DNA from: Candidatus Hydrothermarchaeales archaeon
GTDB lineage: Archaea; Hydrothermarchaeota; Hydrothermarchaeia; Hydrothermarchaeales; JAZGAD01
Assembly (NCBI GenBank): GCA_036444275.1
Contig: JAZGAD010000014.1
Span: 20,070 to 84,069 of the forward strand
DNA: 64,000 nt
Reading direction: 5' to 3'
In this document: positions 11,201 through 26,200 of the stretch, one piece after another
How the letters are laid out: every line of letters starts with the position of its first letter
Numbering within the stretch: the stretch's first letter is position 1
The notes under the pieces: model-generated
Told to the model about the DNA's origin: nothing
The model's input: the letters and a program-made list of their open reading frames with translations, nothing else
Databases searched by the model: none
Position numbers and translations under genes: made by a program

Positions 11201-14200
11201 CTTTCAAGGTGACCTTTGATGGCTCTATCTATGATACGGGTACGGCGAACAATACGAATACCTCCGGCTACGCGATCTACAACTTCAATCCCGGATGCAG
11301 TAGTCCAAAGTACGGGGTGGGTGTGCAGAACTGGACCGCGGTGAGCTCGGAAACGAATGCCTATAAGTCCAATTCATCTTCTATTTACAACCTCACAATA
11401 TGGGGTGATAACGTCATCACTTTCGATAGGCCTGCCCCGTATCCGACTGGCTATTACGCTGTAGGTGATAGGGTGCCCTTCCGGGTCCTCATTAAGGATG
11501 AATGCGGCGATGAATTAGGGAAAAATGAAGACTCGGATAAGGAGGTGAAGTTTTATGCTATAGGCCCGGATACTTCGCCGCAGACATATGACTGTGGAAC
11601 TGTCTCCTCTAGTCTTACCGGTCTCTATGAATGTGAGAGCGCTGCTGGCGGTTGGAACACTACAGGAAAGTCTGCGGGAGACTATAATGCTACTGCGGAC
11701 GTATCTCTCGCTTATTACTACATCAACAACTCGATAAACAATAGGATCGTACCGGAACGTGATAACCTCACTCTGGCATCTGGTTCCGGTTGGTTCAGGC
11801 TTTATGTTCCATCTCAGCCCCCTGATCTCACCGCTGCGGACGTTAACCCTAGGAAGGACGGTTGGGGCAAAAATCGAACCTTCTCGGTGAATGTGACAAG
11901 CCCCAAGAGCGGGAAGAACATAACTGTGGTTCTCGAGGTGAAGAAGAGCGGAGAAGATTATGCTCAGATCGGCGATGCCCAAAACTGGACTTCAGGCGGT
12001 ACCGGTAGTTCTAAGATCCTTGAATGGAATGTCTCCTTTTATCCGGCGAATGTCTCTGTCTTACCCTACAAATTCAAGTTCACTGCGACCGATGAGGATT
12101 TGGAAGAAGATGTGACCAACATCCCGGCCGAGTATACGAATACTACACCCCTTGAAGGCATAGACGAGAACGAATTCAAAATCGAGAAGGACGATGTTCT
12201 CCTGAATTACACCGCTGGAAACGGGTCCCTCGTAAATCTTCAGGTAGAAGCGACTTTTGTGCTCCGTATTTGGGATATAACTCGGGGTGTCTGGGTCAAC
12301 ACGACCTCTGCCTCTGTGAAGTTCAATGTGACCAAGAACTGGCCGAGTTCTGAAAATGTGACGGTGAATACCACGGCGACGAATGCGACTGGGCATGCTT
12401 TTACGGATTTCCTGCCTGACACGAGCTATAGCTCGGGATTGCAGAAATGGTTCGGATATATCTCGGATACTGATCCCTATTACAAATTCAATGTCTCTGA
12501 TATCTTTGATGTTAATCTTTCTATTCATCCACCGCAGCTCGTCAATGCCTCGGTGGATAAAGAGACGGCTGGTTGGGGTGTGAATCGCACCTTTAGTATA
12601 GAGGTGAGAGATACAGTGGATAACGCCACATTGAGCCTCTGGAGGTCAAGCCAGATTGTTGGCCAACCTTGGTATCTCATAGCTGAGAAGAATTATACTG
12701 ATGTGGGAAATTGGGTTCAACTGAACTTCACCACCAGCTTTTCACCGTCCCTTATAGATACGTGGTATTACAAGTTCAACGCGAGCGACATCGCAGGAAA
12801 CACCAACAGCACGGATGTTGTATCCACGCGTAACTTCACTATCGATAAGGACGACGTCATCTTGGAGTATGTTCAGGGAGATGATTCTACAGCGAATAGG
12901 TCTGGCAATCAAATCGATCCCTTGATTGTGAAGGTGCGGGATGAGAATGGCTCTTATGTCGGTAATCTTAGTGTGACTTTCAAGGTGACTTATGATGGCT
13001 CTAACTACGATAGTGGTACGCCGAAGGATACAAATGGCTCTGGATATGCGATCTACAACTTTGACCCTGTTTGCACTCCAACAAAGTATCAGGTGGGTGT
13101 GCAGAACTGGACAGCGGAAGTCTTAGAGACGAATGCCTACAAGTCGAACTCGTCTTCTATCTACAATCTCACTGTGAGGGCTGAGTTCAACAACACCATT
13201 ACTAAGCCGCCGGGAAATGAGAACTATACTTTGGGTGATACCCTTACCTTCCAAGCAGTTATCAGGGATGACTGCAACGATAACCTTGACGGGGTAACAG
13301 CCAACTTCTATGCCTCCAATGCCACCGTTGAGTATGACTGCGGCAATGTAACACTCATCCTCTCGGGAACGGGTATATACGAATGTACGTGGGCATCTGG
13401 TTTAGCAGAGGAGGGATGGTACAATGTAACATTGAACACTACCTTGGGCAACTACCACTACTACAGCGATACCACGAAGTACGATCAACCCGGTCTCTTC
13501 TACCTGTTGTTTAAGGAACAACCCCCTGATCTAAACTCGGCTAATGTTACTCCTAGGAAGGATGGCTGGAGTCTCAACAGGACTTTCACGGTCAACGTAA
13601 CAAGCCCCAAGAACGGGAAGAACGTCACCGTATGGCTAGAGTTGAAGAAGGGCGGAGGCTCCTACAACCCCGAGGGTGACGAGCAGAACTGGACTTCAGG
13701 CGGTCCCGGTAGTTTCAGCATCCTCGAATGGAACATTTCCTTCTCCTCAACTGATGTTGACCTCTGGTTCTTCAAATTCCAGGCTAAGGATGCGGATGGG
13801 GTGACGGATACTACCTCTTTGACCGAGTCTGGCGATTATGTCAATGATACTAACGAGTTCAACGTCGAGAAGGACGATGTGAATATATCCTACATCTATG
13901 GAAACGAAACCGAGATCGCGACCTTATCCAACCCGTCTACCTTCATACTTAAGATTTGCGACGAGGACGCAAACACATGCAACCTGACACCCAGTGCGAA
14001 GGTCAAGTTCAACGTGACCAAAGATGGTATTGGAACCGATTACTACGCCGCACGTGGTACGGATGGGAACGATTATAACTACACCAACGGCACTGGACAT
14101 GTGGTCTTCGAGTTCCTTCCAGATACTAGCTGGAATTCGACTAAGCAGAGCTGGATCGGCTATGTTGTTGATGACTACTACAACTTCACCACGTCAGGCA

Positions 14201-17200
14201 CCTACAATGTCACAGTGGATTTGAATAAGAATCCGGACATCCTAAACGAGACCGTGAACGGTGTAACAGAGGATGCTAAACAGGGATGGGGATTCGTCTT
14301 CAACTTCTCGGTCATGGTCAAGGACGACAAGAACACCAATACAACCGTCGAGCTGTGGGTGGATACTGCCAACACCACTGGTAGTACATACAAGAAGGTG
14401 AACGAGACCCTATGCGAGAGCTGTGGCTCTGATTGGAAAGAGATCAATCTCACCGTCAGGTTCAACAGCAGTGACATCGGTCCTGCATCCTACTACTTCA
14501 AGGCCATCGATAATACCTCGAACCCGAACCAGACTACCTCCCACGCCTTCACCATAGAAGAAGACGAGGTAACATTCGAGGTAAGCCCAGGTAGCAATGG
14601 GACGAATGTTATAGTCAACAGGAGCGCTGCCCAGGGGAACCTCCGATTGGCCGTCAGATTAAGGGATGAGAACACCAGCTACGTCGGCGCCAACGCTTCT
14701 ACAACGCTCTACGTAACCACCTCCGGCTCTACCTTTGATTCCGGACGCGACATAGACACGAACGCCTCTGGATATGTAAACTATGATTTCCTGCCCACAT
14801 GCAGCAACCCAGAATACGAAGTCGGACTGCACAACTGGTACGTCAAGGTAAAGGATAGTGATTCCCTTTATCAGCCCAATCAATCAGAGTACTACGTCTT
14901 CAGAGTGATAGGTACTCTCAGCAACACCATAACCGAGCCCTTGGGCAGCCCCACCTACAACCAGTGGCAGACGATACTTCTCGAAGGCAATGTGTATAAC
15001 TACTGCGGAGAGGGCATAGAGATCAACAACACTTTGGCAGGCGAGAACCTCACCTTCACCCTCATCAACGGCACAAACAACTATACGTGCACAGACATCG
15101 TTAAAAGCGGTGTCAATACCTACAAGTGCTACTGGGCTCCCTTCGCTTCCAATGCCATCCGCGGATGGTACAACCTGAACATGTTCTCCAACAAGTCAGG
15201 TTACTACGCCAACGAGACGACTCGGCTCAACTCTTTCTACCTGCAGACACCGCCAAAGCTAGAGGATGCAAAGGTAGACCCAACGGATGAGGGCTGGGGC
15301 TACACCTTCAACTTCTCGGTTAATGTAACTGATAACATCGACGACAACGTAACAGTAACGTTCTACGACAAGCGATCAGGGGATGAATCTTGGACCCTAG
15401 TAAGTGAGCAGAACTGGACAGCGGATGGAACTACAGGAAGGCTGTACTGGAACAAGAGCTATGCCTCCACATATGCCGGCGAAACAATGTATTTCAAATT
15501 CGACGCAGACGATACAGAGGGCTTCGACGACACCATAGGAGGCGTGGGTGAATCTTGGGAGTTCAAACTCAGAAAGGATGATGTCGAGCTATTGTACATT
15601 CAGGGCAACGAGAGTGTGGTGGACCGCTTAGGTGCCCAGACAACTAGGTTCATACTGTATGCGAATGACACTGATCGCGCTGCACAGGCATATCCTCCGG
15701 CTGCTACGGTCTACTTCAACGTAACAAAGGATTGGGAAAACTATACCGCTGCCACCAATCTAACCGGGCAAAACTACAACTACACTAATGCCTCTGGCTA
15801 CGTAACCCTCGACTTCAATGCGACCTGCGAGCAAAACGTGGGCAAGCAGAAGTGGATAGGCTATATCCTCAACGACGACGCCTACAAGGACAATGTTTCA
15901 GCTGAATTCAACGTCACTGTAGTCGGCGACTTAATCAACAACATCACCCAACCGGATGGAGAAGAATACAACCAGACGGATCCCGTGCCGCTAAGGGGTA
16001 GGGTTACTGACGAGTGCGGCAATTCCATCCTCGGAATAAACGACACGGTCACCTTCACTGTGTCCAACGGCACCGCGAACTATCTCTGCACCCCCGTGGA
16101 GGACCAGGGCAATGGCTACTACAACTGCACCTTCGACACAAACCTCAGCATGGCCCCGGGCTGGTACAACATCACCATGAACTCATCGGCCGGAGATAAC
16201 TACAACAACGCCACTCTTACCAAGCAGGCCTTCAGGCTCACCCCCGGGAACGTAGAACCCTACCTGAGCGATGCCCAAGTAACCCCTGCCAGCGAGGGAT
16301 GGGGGATCACCAGGAACTTCAGCGTGGAGGTTATGGACCTTAACAGTGACGACGTCAACGTTATATTGTTCCTTTCGCCGGACGGCACAAACTGGGTTGA
16401 AATAGGAAACGACACGTGCCCGGGCTGCAGCAACTGGCAGACGCTGACCTTCCCCTACAGCTTCTCGAGGGAAAACTACTCCACCAACAACACTTGGCAG
16501 TTCAGGTTCAACGCAAGCGACGGGAATGTAACCGTAACCCTGTCGAACACAACGGGCGCGATCCTTGAGAGGGACAACGTGAGCGTAGTCCTCGATCAGG
16601 GAGACGGGGCGATAGTGAACAGGTCGGGAGATCAAACGGTAAGCCCAATCCTGAGACTCCAGGTGGTGGACAACGACAACTCCAGCATCACTGTGGCCGC
16701 CGATGTGACCGGGCGGTTCTACGTAACAGTGGACAATTCCAGCTGGGGCTCCGCCATCAACAAAAACACCACTACAGGAGGGAACCTGAGCCTCGACTTC
16801 AACCCGAACTGTACCTCTCCAAAGTACTATACCGGCGTCCAGCAGTGGAGGGGGGAGACGAATGGAGATTTCTACTACGACGACAACTCCTCCATCAATT
16901 ATACTTTGTATATATACGGGGAGCTCATCGCCACCATCGACCAGCCCAACGGGACACAGACCTACGCCCCGGGGCAGAACGTGACGATGGAGTTCAACGT
17001 GGTAGACGAATGCGGCGACAACGTTACGGGCATGACTCCCCAAAACTTCACCGTTAACCTGACCCACAGCAACTACAGTGACCTCTGTACAAACATCCAA
17101 GTAGTAGGGAACGGCTCGTACAACTGCACATGGAACTCCAGTGGTGCCGTCGGCGGGAACTACACCATCGCTATCGACCTAGGGAAGGACTACTACAACT

Positions 17201-20200
17201 CCAACTCAACTACGAGGCAGGACGCCTTCTCCATCAACGTTGCCCCTACTCTGGAGAACGTGGGCGTTGATCCCACCTCCAACTACTGGGGAACCACCTT
17301 CACCTTTAACGTCACCGTCACCGACGAGGATGATACCGTTACCCTAAAGCTCTGGCATCGCTGCATATCCTCTTTGGGAACGAGCGACAGCTGCGACAGC
17401 ATTAGAGACTGGACCCAGGTGGATACGACCGAGACCTGCCCTGACTGCACAGCTGAGCTAAGGCAGTTTACAAACACAACGGGCGACACATCTGTCGGCA
17501 TATGGGAGTGGTTCATAAACGCAACCGACCAGGACGGGAATGAGGTAAACACCACTCCAGAGAACTACACCGTGACCAAGAGGGGCGTGATCATTTCTTA
17601 CAACAATAAAGGAAACAATTCGTGGGTCAACAGGTCCGACAACAACGTGACCGTTCTCGAGGTGAGGATGAGGGATGCAGAAAACCCGACAGGATGGTTG
17701 ACATCCTCAGATGGAAACGGCTTTTACAGGGTGACTACCAATGGCTCGAATTGGGGTCCGAATATGACAGGCGCACAGCTCGACTCGCAAGGACGCCTCA
17801 AGGGCCCGGGTGGCGCTGACTTCGAGTTCGACCCAACTTGCACCTCACCCACGTACCAGACAGGCGAGCAGAAGTGGTCCGCCGTGTTCAATGGGACCAA
17901 GAAGTACTACTACAACGAGTCTGCCAATTACACCCTGTATATACGGGATTATCTGATTAATAATATCACCTATCCCGACGGGGAGCCCTTTGATAAAAAC
18001 ACATATATGGACCTGAACGGCACGGTTGTGGACTCCTGCGGCGGGGTGGACAACTCCACGGCCAACGTGGTCTTTGGCTTCATCCGGAACTTAACAGGCG
18101 CATCAGTACCACCTTCCTGCGGGGCTCCGACCAATCCGAGCGGCGGCAATTATACCTGCAACGAGTCTCTCGCCAACGATAATTTCGGCTACTATCACGT
18201 CTGGATGAACACCACCGTTAACGACTACCCGTACCATCCAAATATCACCCTCTATAGGGAATTTGTCTTCAAAGTAGCGGCCACACCCGAGCTCAAAGAC
18301 CCTGTAGTTGCCCCGACCCTTCAAGGCTGGGGGTACAACTTTGCCTTCAACGTGAGCTACAGGGATAACGAAGACCTTTCAGGGGAGAACAACAATATAT
18401 CCCTCTACAAGGCCTACAACCAGAGCGGACCCTGGTACCTCATAGAAACTAAGAACGAGGACTACTGGACCACCACCTTTAAAAACATCACCTACTACTC
18501 CACCTTCAACAAGAGCGACCTCGATAATGCAACGGCGGCAGATGGGGTCATATACTTCTTCTTCAACGCAACGGATACCAACAGCTTCACCGACAACACC
18601 ACCGTAAAGAATTTCACCATCGAGAGGGACAACGTCACCGTAGTTGCCACAAGCGGTGAAGGGGAGAACGTGACGAGGCTCGGTTCGGGTACCATCCTCC
18701 TACAGGTTCAGATAAACGATAATGACACCGCGGGTCAGCCGGCTGTGGCAGGCGCTAATGGCAGTATCTTCATAATCGGAGTAAATAAAACCACAAACAT
18801 TACCGATGCAAGCGGCTACCTCTCTTACAACCTGAATCCAGGATGCTCCCCGCTTTATCCGGCAGGTCTCAATTACTGGACGGGCGGAATAGACGGAGAT
18901 GCGTATTACTTCGACAGAAATTCATCGCCAAACTCCAACTTCACAGTGATCGGCCAGCTCTACAACAACCTCACCGAGCCCTTACAACCCACTTACAACG
19001 TCACAGAGAATATAACAATAAAGTTCTACGTCACCACCGACTGCTCTGGCGAAGGGAATCAGACGGTAAGCGGAAGGACGATAACCCTCATCCACAACCA
19101 GTCAGGCGCCAATAGTTCCTGCGGCACCATAAACTACAACCCTGCAGACGCGACATACAACTGCACATGGGATCCCACGGGAAAGCCCGAGGGCAACTAC
19201 ACCATAATAATCAACACCTCCAACCAGTCCTTCAACAGTGTCTCTGCTACATGGACCAATAGGTTTGAGCTTATAAACCAGCCCCCTGTTGTGGATGCAG
19301 TAAACCTCACGGTTGACCCGGATGAGGGTGGCTGGGGCGCTACCTACCTCTACAAGGTCTTCGTGGAGGATCCTGAGGGTGACGATGTGACATGCACCCT
19401 CTACGTTAACACCACTGGCTCTTGGGTCGAGAAGGGCTCTAACACTACTACAGGTGGGGTGGGTAACTGTTCCGTCACTGTGGATGGCTTTAACAAGTCG
19501 GACTACGACTACAATGTCACCCAGGCAAATCCCATCTCGTTCATGTTCGAGATAAACGACACCGGTTCCAATGAGCCCTTCAACACTTCGGATACCGTTG
19601 GGCAGGTATATCAGCCGGCCTTGCAGGAAGACAACATCCAGATAATCCATATACAGGGTAATAATTCCGAGGTGAATCGTTCAGGCGTGCAGGCTACGAC
19701 CTTCATCCTCCTCGTGAATGACTTGGATAAGGGCACCTATCTATCGAACCCCAATGTCACGGTGAAGTTCAACATCACCACCGACGGAAGCAACTACCAG
19801 CTTGATGGGAGCAACTTTACCAACTCTACCGGATACGCGATATACAACTTCGACCCCAATGGCACTTATGACGTGGGAGTGCAGAACTGGACCGCCTTCG
19901 TTGAGGGCGATACCTACTACGCCAACAATGCGTCCGCGGTCTTCAACGTAACCATCTACGGAATCTTCGAAACCCTAGATGCGGGTCCCTTCAACTTCTC
20001 CTCAAACACCTTTGACAAGACCTATCCCAGGGGAGAGAACGTCACCATAAGAGGGAACGTCACCGACGACAATAGCACCCTCGTGAGCGGGGCGACGGTC
20101 AACTTTACCCTCGTCAGAAACGGGGTATATTATGGCTGTATGCCACCCATCGCAAATGGAGAGGGGAACGGGAGCTACAACTGCACCTTCGAGACAGGGG

Positions 20201-23200
20201 GAAAGCCCGCGGGATGGTACAACCTCTCTATGAATGTCACGAAGGGTGACTTCTACTACGAGAACACCACAATCTTCGAGGAATTCCTCTTCGTGGAGAC
20301 AAGTCCGGTACTGACGAATCCGCAGCTCAACACGTCAAAGAACGGAGACAACATCGGTGGCTGGGGCGAGAAGTTCAACTTCTCGGTGGTCGTGACAGAT
20401 GAGGATGGGGACACTGTCTACGCAGTCCTGTGGACGCGCCGGAATGCTTCATACTCGTGGACCGAGATCGAAAACAAATCCTGCACCAACTGTAACAACA
20501 CAGTGGTGTATCATGAAGAAACCGGAGCTTACTCGTGTAATAAATTTGATGATAGCGATCTAGGTACTTGGGAGTTCAAGTGGAATGCCACCGATGTCGC
20601 GAGTTATCCCTCCACAGGGGACGGAGATGTATACACCAATGAAACAGTAAACGAGAGCTACACCGTGGAGAAGGACAACGTATCAGTAACCCTCGTTTCA
20701 GGAAACAACGAAACCGTCTGGAGAAACGGTTCGGATTCTGAGACCTTAACGGTGCTAGTCTATGATATTGACAAGGAAGAGAATCCCACAACTCAAGCAA
20801 AGGGAGCGATATGGGTTACAACCACTACATTCAACGGCTCCCTGGAGGGCACATCCTACGTCTCGGTCTTCAATGATTATGCAAATCCCAGTGGCCAATT
20901 AACTAAAAACTTCGACCCCAGCTGTTCATACGAAGTTGGCTGGCAGCATTGGATCGGTGGCACATACGGCAGTGAATGCTACATGGATGCCAATTCCACT
21001 CAGGGTCCGTTCAACCTAACCATGAAGTCCTACCTCGAGGGCGTGGTCCAGAATGTCAACCAGACCCCACCTTACTACGAAGTGAGTGAAAAGATCAACA
21101 TAACATTCTACGTGAATGACGATTGCGAGGGTACCTATGGCGGTATGGGTGGGGCGGATGTCATCAAGCTCAATCTCTCCAGTGGCGGATGGAGTAATGA
21201 ATATACAACGGGCTTCATAGACTATGGAAACGGCACTTATGTCTACGAGTGGGACTCTGCGGTAGGGGTGTACGGATGGTACAACACATCTTTAGAGCTG
21301 AACCAGAGCTACTACTATAACAAGACCGGCGGAGACGACAACGTAACCTTCGACAGGGAAGAGCTCTTCTACCTCGATACTAGGCCTCTATTACAGACTG
21401 CGGCAGTTAATCAAACTGACAACGGCTGGGGAGAGACTTGGAAATTCACTGTGGAGTGTAAGGACTCAGACGGGGATCCCGCCAATCTGACCCTCTGGAA
21501 GCGTCTGCAGGACTCTCCCGCGTCGGAATGGGAATATGTAGACTCTCAAACATGTTCCAACACTGGTTTTGAACTCAAAACCTTTATAGAAACCTTCAAC
21601 TATACCGATATCACCCCGGCGGGGAACGTCACCAACTATAAGTTCAATATCTCCGATCCTTATGATTATGGATCTGAGTTGATAGGTCCGGAGGATATTA
21701 CAGTTGAACCCGACGACATAGGATACACCACGGTCGTAGGGGATGAAGAAGGTGTAGACAGGCTCGGCAACGACACAGTCCGCCTCGCAATTCTGGTGGT
21801 AGACCAAGATAGAGGAAACACACCCGTATTGGAGGGAACAGGAATGACCTTCAATATAACTTCAGATTACGTCACCTATGACACTATATATCCGGCCACA
21901 GTCAACTCCACTGGATGGATGAATCTGGACTTCAATGCCACATGCACTCACCTAGCAGGGCAGCAGAAGTGGATAGGTGACGAGGCAGATTATAGATATA
22001 AAGGTATTCCCTTTGGAGCCTTCGACGTCTTTGTGACGGGTCAGCTCTATACGGACCTCATAACTCCTCCAGACGGACAACCCTACAACGTATCCGACCC
22101 GGTTCCTACAAACCTCAGCGTGTTCACGGACTGCGCACCAGAAGGAAATGTAACAGGGGCCACCGTCACCATCGGCTTCAGCCCCAACGAGACCAGCTGG
22201 GAGAACTTTACAGCCACAGACGGTGGGGACGGATACTACAACGTCACCTGGGATTCTACAGGCAATATCGAGGCCAACTGGAGCATAATAGCAAATGCAT
22301 CCCTTTCGAATTACACCGACAACGTGACCAAGTGGTCGAGCAGGTTCGAACTTATAAACCAGCCCCCGGTTGTAGACGCGGTAAACCTCACGGTGGACCC
22401 GGAAGAGGAAGGCTGGGGTGCTACCTACATCTATACGGTCTTCGTGGATGATCCTGAGGGGGACGATGTAACATGCACCCTCTACGTTAACACCACTGGC
22501 TCTTGGGTTGAGAAAGGCTCTAACACTACTACAGGCGGGGTGGGCAACTGCTCTGTCACTGTCAGCGGCTTCAATAAGTCGGACTACGACTATAACCTGT
22601 CGAACCCGATCTCGTTCATGTTCGAGATAAACGACACAGGTTCCGGTGAGCCCTTCAACACCTCGGATAAAGTCGGAGCGATATATGCCCCGTCCTTCCA
22701 GGAAGATAATGTATCGATAACCTATTACGGCGGAGATAACGGCACCACCATCACCAGAAAGCTCCAGAGCGCAACCTTCATATTCAATACCACGGACACC
22801 GACAGCGGAGGCGTGGCCTACAATGCGAGCGGCGCGGTATGGGTCACCAAGACCGGTAGCAGTGACTGGGACAGCGGCACATCCGACACGACCAACGCTT
22901 CAGGATATCTCATTGTCGAGATTGCCCCTGGCTGCGACTATGACACAGGCGTGCGGAACGTAATGGGAGGAATAAACGACACGTATTACGAGGACGTCAA
23001 CACCACAGAATCCCTTATGATAACCCTTACGGGCGGCATGAGCCTTCAGGCATGGAGCCAGAATGAATCCGATGACCAGGACCAAACCATCTATAGAGAT
23101 GATAACCTCACCATAAAGGCCAACATTACAGACGAGTGTGGTGCGCAAGTTGATGGCGTGAATGTAACCTTCACCCTTTCGAACGGGAGCCAGAACTTCA

Positions 23201-26200
23201 CATGCAGCGTCAACAACGAATCAAACGGCATCTACAACTGCACCATAGAGACCAACAGCACAATGTCTGCCGGCTGGTACAACATGACCTTGAACTCTAC
23301 CAAACAGAACTTTGCACCCAATACCACATTATTTAAGAACTTCCTGTTCATCGAGACCGAGCCTGTACTGACGGGAGCGGTGGTAAATTCATCCCAGAAC
23401 GGCGACAACACCGGCGGCTGGGGCGAGACCTTCACCTTCAATGTTACTGCCTCGGACGAGGATGGCGACAATATGACGGTATGTCTATATCTAAGTAAAA
23501 ACGGAGAGAGTTTCTGGCAAGAGTACTGTAACAGCACCGTAAACGGTATCAATCAGCTCGTCAGCCGTGATAGGATCTTCCCCGATGATAGCTGGATGGG
23601 TAACTGGGAGTTCAAGTGGAACGTCACGGATGATGGAGACGATCCCATTACAGGCGACACCAAATATAATGACACCACTTTGAACATCTCATTCATCGTC
23701 GAGAGGGATGACCTATCCATCCTGGAAGAGGACGGCGATGAAGCCACCGTTTCCAGACTCGGAGATAACAAAACGTTACTCAATGTCAGCATACGGGATA
23801 TTGACAAACTGGAGAACGTATCTGGTTTCCAAGATCTCCTTACAAAAGCCTACGTCACTTTGGACAACTACACGTGGGACTGGGGCAAGACCAAAAGCGT
23901 CTCGGGCGACTATCGCTACATTGAATTCAATCCCAACTGCTCATACAGCGTCGGTGAGCAGAAGTGGAAGTTCGTTACAGGGGACATCACTGAGTATAAA
24001 CCGACGGAGTCCGATAATTACACCTTGTATATAACGTCTATATTGGTTCCCAACCTGACAGAGCCGCAGGGAGGCATCTATATTAAGGACAGCCAAGACG
24101 TCATTATAAATGCAACGGTAGAAGATTACGACACTGACTGCGATCCAGTAGACGATTCAACAGTGAATTTCACCTTCACCAATCTTGATGGCACCAAGTA
24201 TTATGCAGAAACAACAACTCCGACAGTTACCTCTCTTGGGGAGGGCAACTACACCTACAACTTAACTGCCGCAAGAAATGACGGCATGAAGTACGGGTGG
24301 TACAACGTCACGGTGCACGCAAACAGGAGCTACTACAGTAATGACGAGGTCGTAAATTATACCGTTTACAAGGCATTCAAGCTGACCTCAATACCTAAAT
24401 TTGACCCAGAAGATATTGTTTTTACCGTTCCTTCTGGTAGTGGATATTATTGGGGAGAACCCTGGACCATCAGTGTCAATATCCGTGACTACGACAACGA
24501 CAACGTTAACGTGACATTGTATAAGAGGAAAGTAGGGGAAACTAGCTGGGATTATCTCAACGATAGTCTCTGCGACAACGACTGCCAGAATACCAAAACC
24601 ATATCATTCGTACAAAACTTCTCCTGCGCCGACCGCGGAGACATCGAGTGGAACGTGACCCTGACGGACCTCAACAACTTCACGGTCAGCACGACAGAAA
24701 ATCAGTCGATAAATAAAGACCTTTCATATGTCACTCATGAGTTTGGAGGCGGAGAAACAGTAAACAGGACAGGGTTAAACAAATTGCCTATGATAGTCAG
24801 GGTGGCGGACAAGACAAGAGGCTATGTGCTTGTAGGCTCCGGAGTAAACGGGAGCTTTTACATTACTAACGGTACTGACAACGTGTGGGCGGAAAGATAC
24901 ACCAACCAGACCAATACATCTTCGCGTTTGACGCTCTTCTTTGACCCAACTGAAAACTACACCCTTGGAAACCAGTACTGGGATGGAGGGGTAGAAGGAG
25001 ACAACTGCTATACGAATAAAAATATCAGCACTGGCAATCAGACCTTTAACATAAAAGGACAGCTCCTCATCAACATGGAACAGCCGACAACCAATGTCAC
25101 CCCTGTCATTGTGAACGACAACGTGACCATCCGGTTCAATGTCACCACGGATGCCGCCTGGGAAGGATACCAAAATGAAACAACCAGTGTAGACGTTCAG
25201 CTGTCCCGCGATGGATCCTCAGTAGCCTGCACCTACGGGCCGTATAACGAAGGAAACGGCTCCTACAACTGTACATGGGTGACGGTGACCCTTGATGGTG
25301 GCATGTGGAACATGACGATAACCGTCTCCAAATCTCCGAACTACAATACAAATGTCACCCTCTTCGAGAACTGGTTCAACCTCTCAAATACAAAGCCCAA
25401 CGCTACCGACATAAATGTCACTCCGTCCACGGGCGGCTGGGGCAGGAACTTTACCTACCGGGTATTTGTAAACGATAGCCAGCAGGCCAACGTCACCTGC
25501 GCCCTCTACACCAACACCACCGGCGACTTCGTATATAAGGGCAATGATACAGTAGCTGGAGGACTTGGAAACTGCACAATAAACGTCACCTTTTCCCCTG
25601 ATGACATCACACCTTCTGCGGAGTTCTACTTCGTAATAGACGACGGGACAGAAGGAAACAAGTTCAATACATCCACACAGACAGGCCCCATCATAGAGCG
25701 GGACAACATTACAATTGCCTTTGTGTATAACAGCACCGACGAAGTCAATAGGTCTGGCACCAACTCCATCACTTTCATTTTCTTTGTTAATGATACGGAT
25801 AGGCAGGAGGGGGCCTATACTCCGAATGCCACGGTAGGCCTCTATGTCACCACGGATGGCGAGAACTATAGCCTTGCCAATACCAGTTATACCAACTCCT
25901 CAGGCTACGTGACCTTCGTCTTCGACCCGGACGATACCTACAATGCAGGGGTGCAAGATTGGAAGGCGAACGTCACCGGTGACTATGCGTATAAGGATGC
26001 TAGTACTGGTGTCTTTAACGTTAGGATATGGGGCGACTTGGGCTACCAGTTTGAGCAGCCCCTTGGCGAGAGGATCATGAGGGGGCAGAACGTGACTGTC
26101 AGGCTTAACGTCACAGACGAGAGGGCAACTCCGGTGCTGATCTCGAACGCCTCAGTGGAAATCCTCTTGACTTCCAACAGAACAGGGGACGATTTCACGT

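Noticed and set aside
10402-13170. Diversity-generating retroelement TR/VR pair
   Set aside because: Both copies are in-frame coding, differences are not confined to adenines, and there is no reverse transcriptase in the window.
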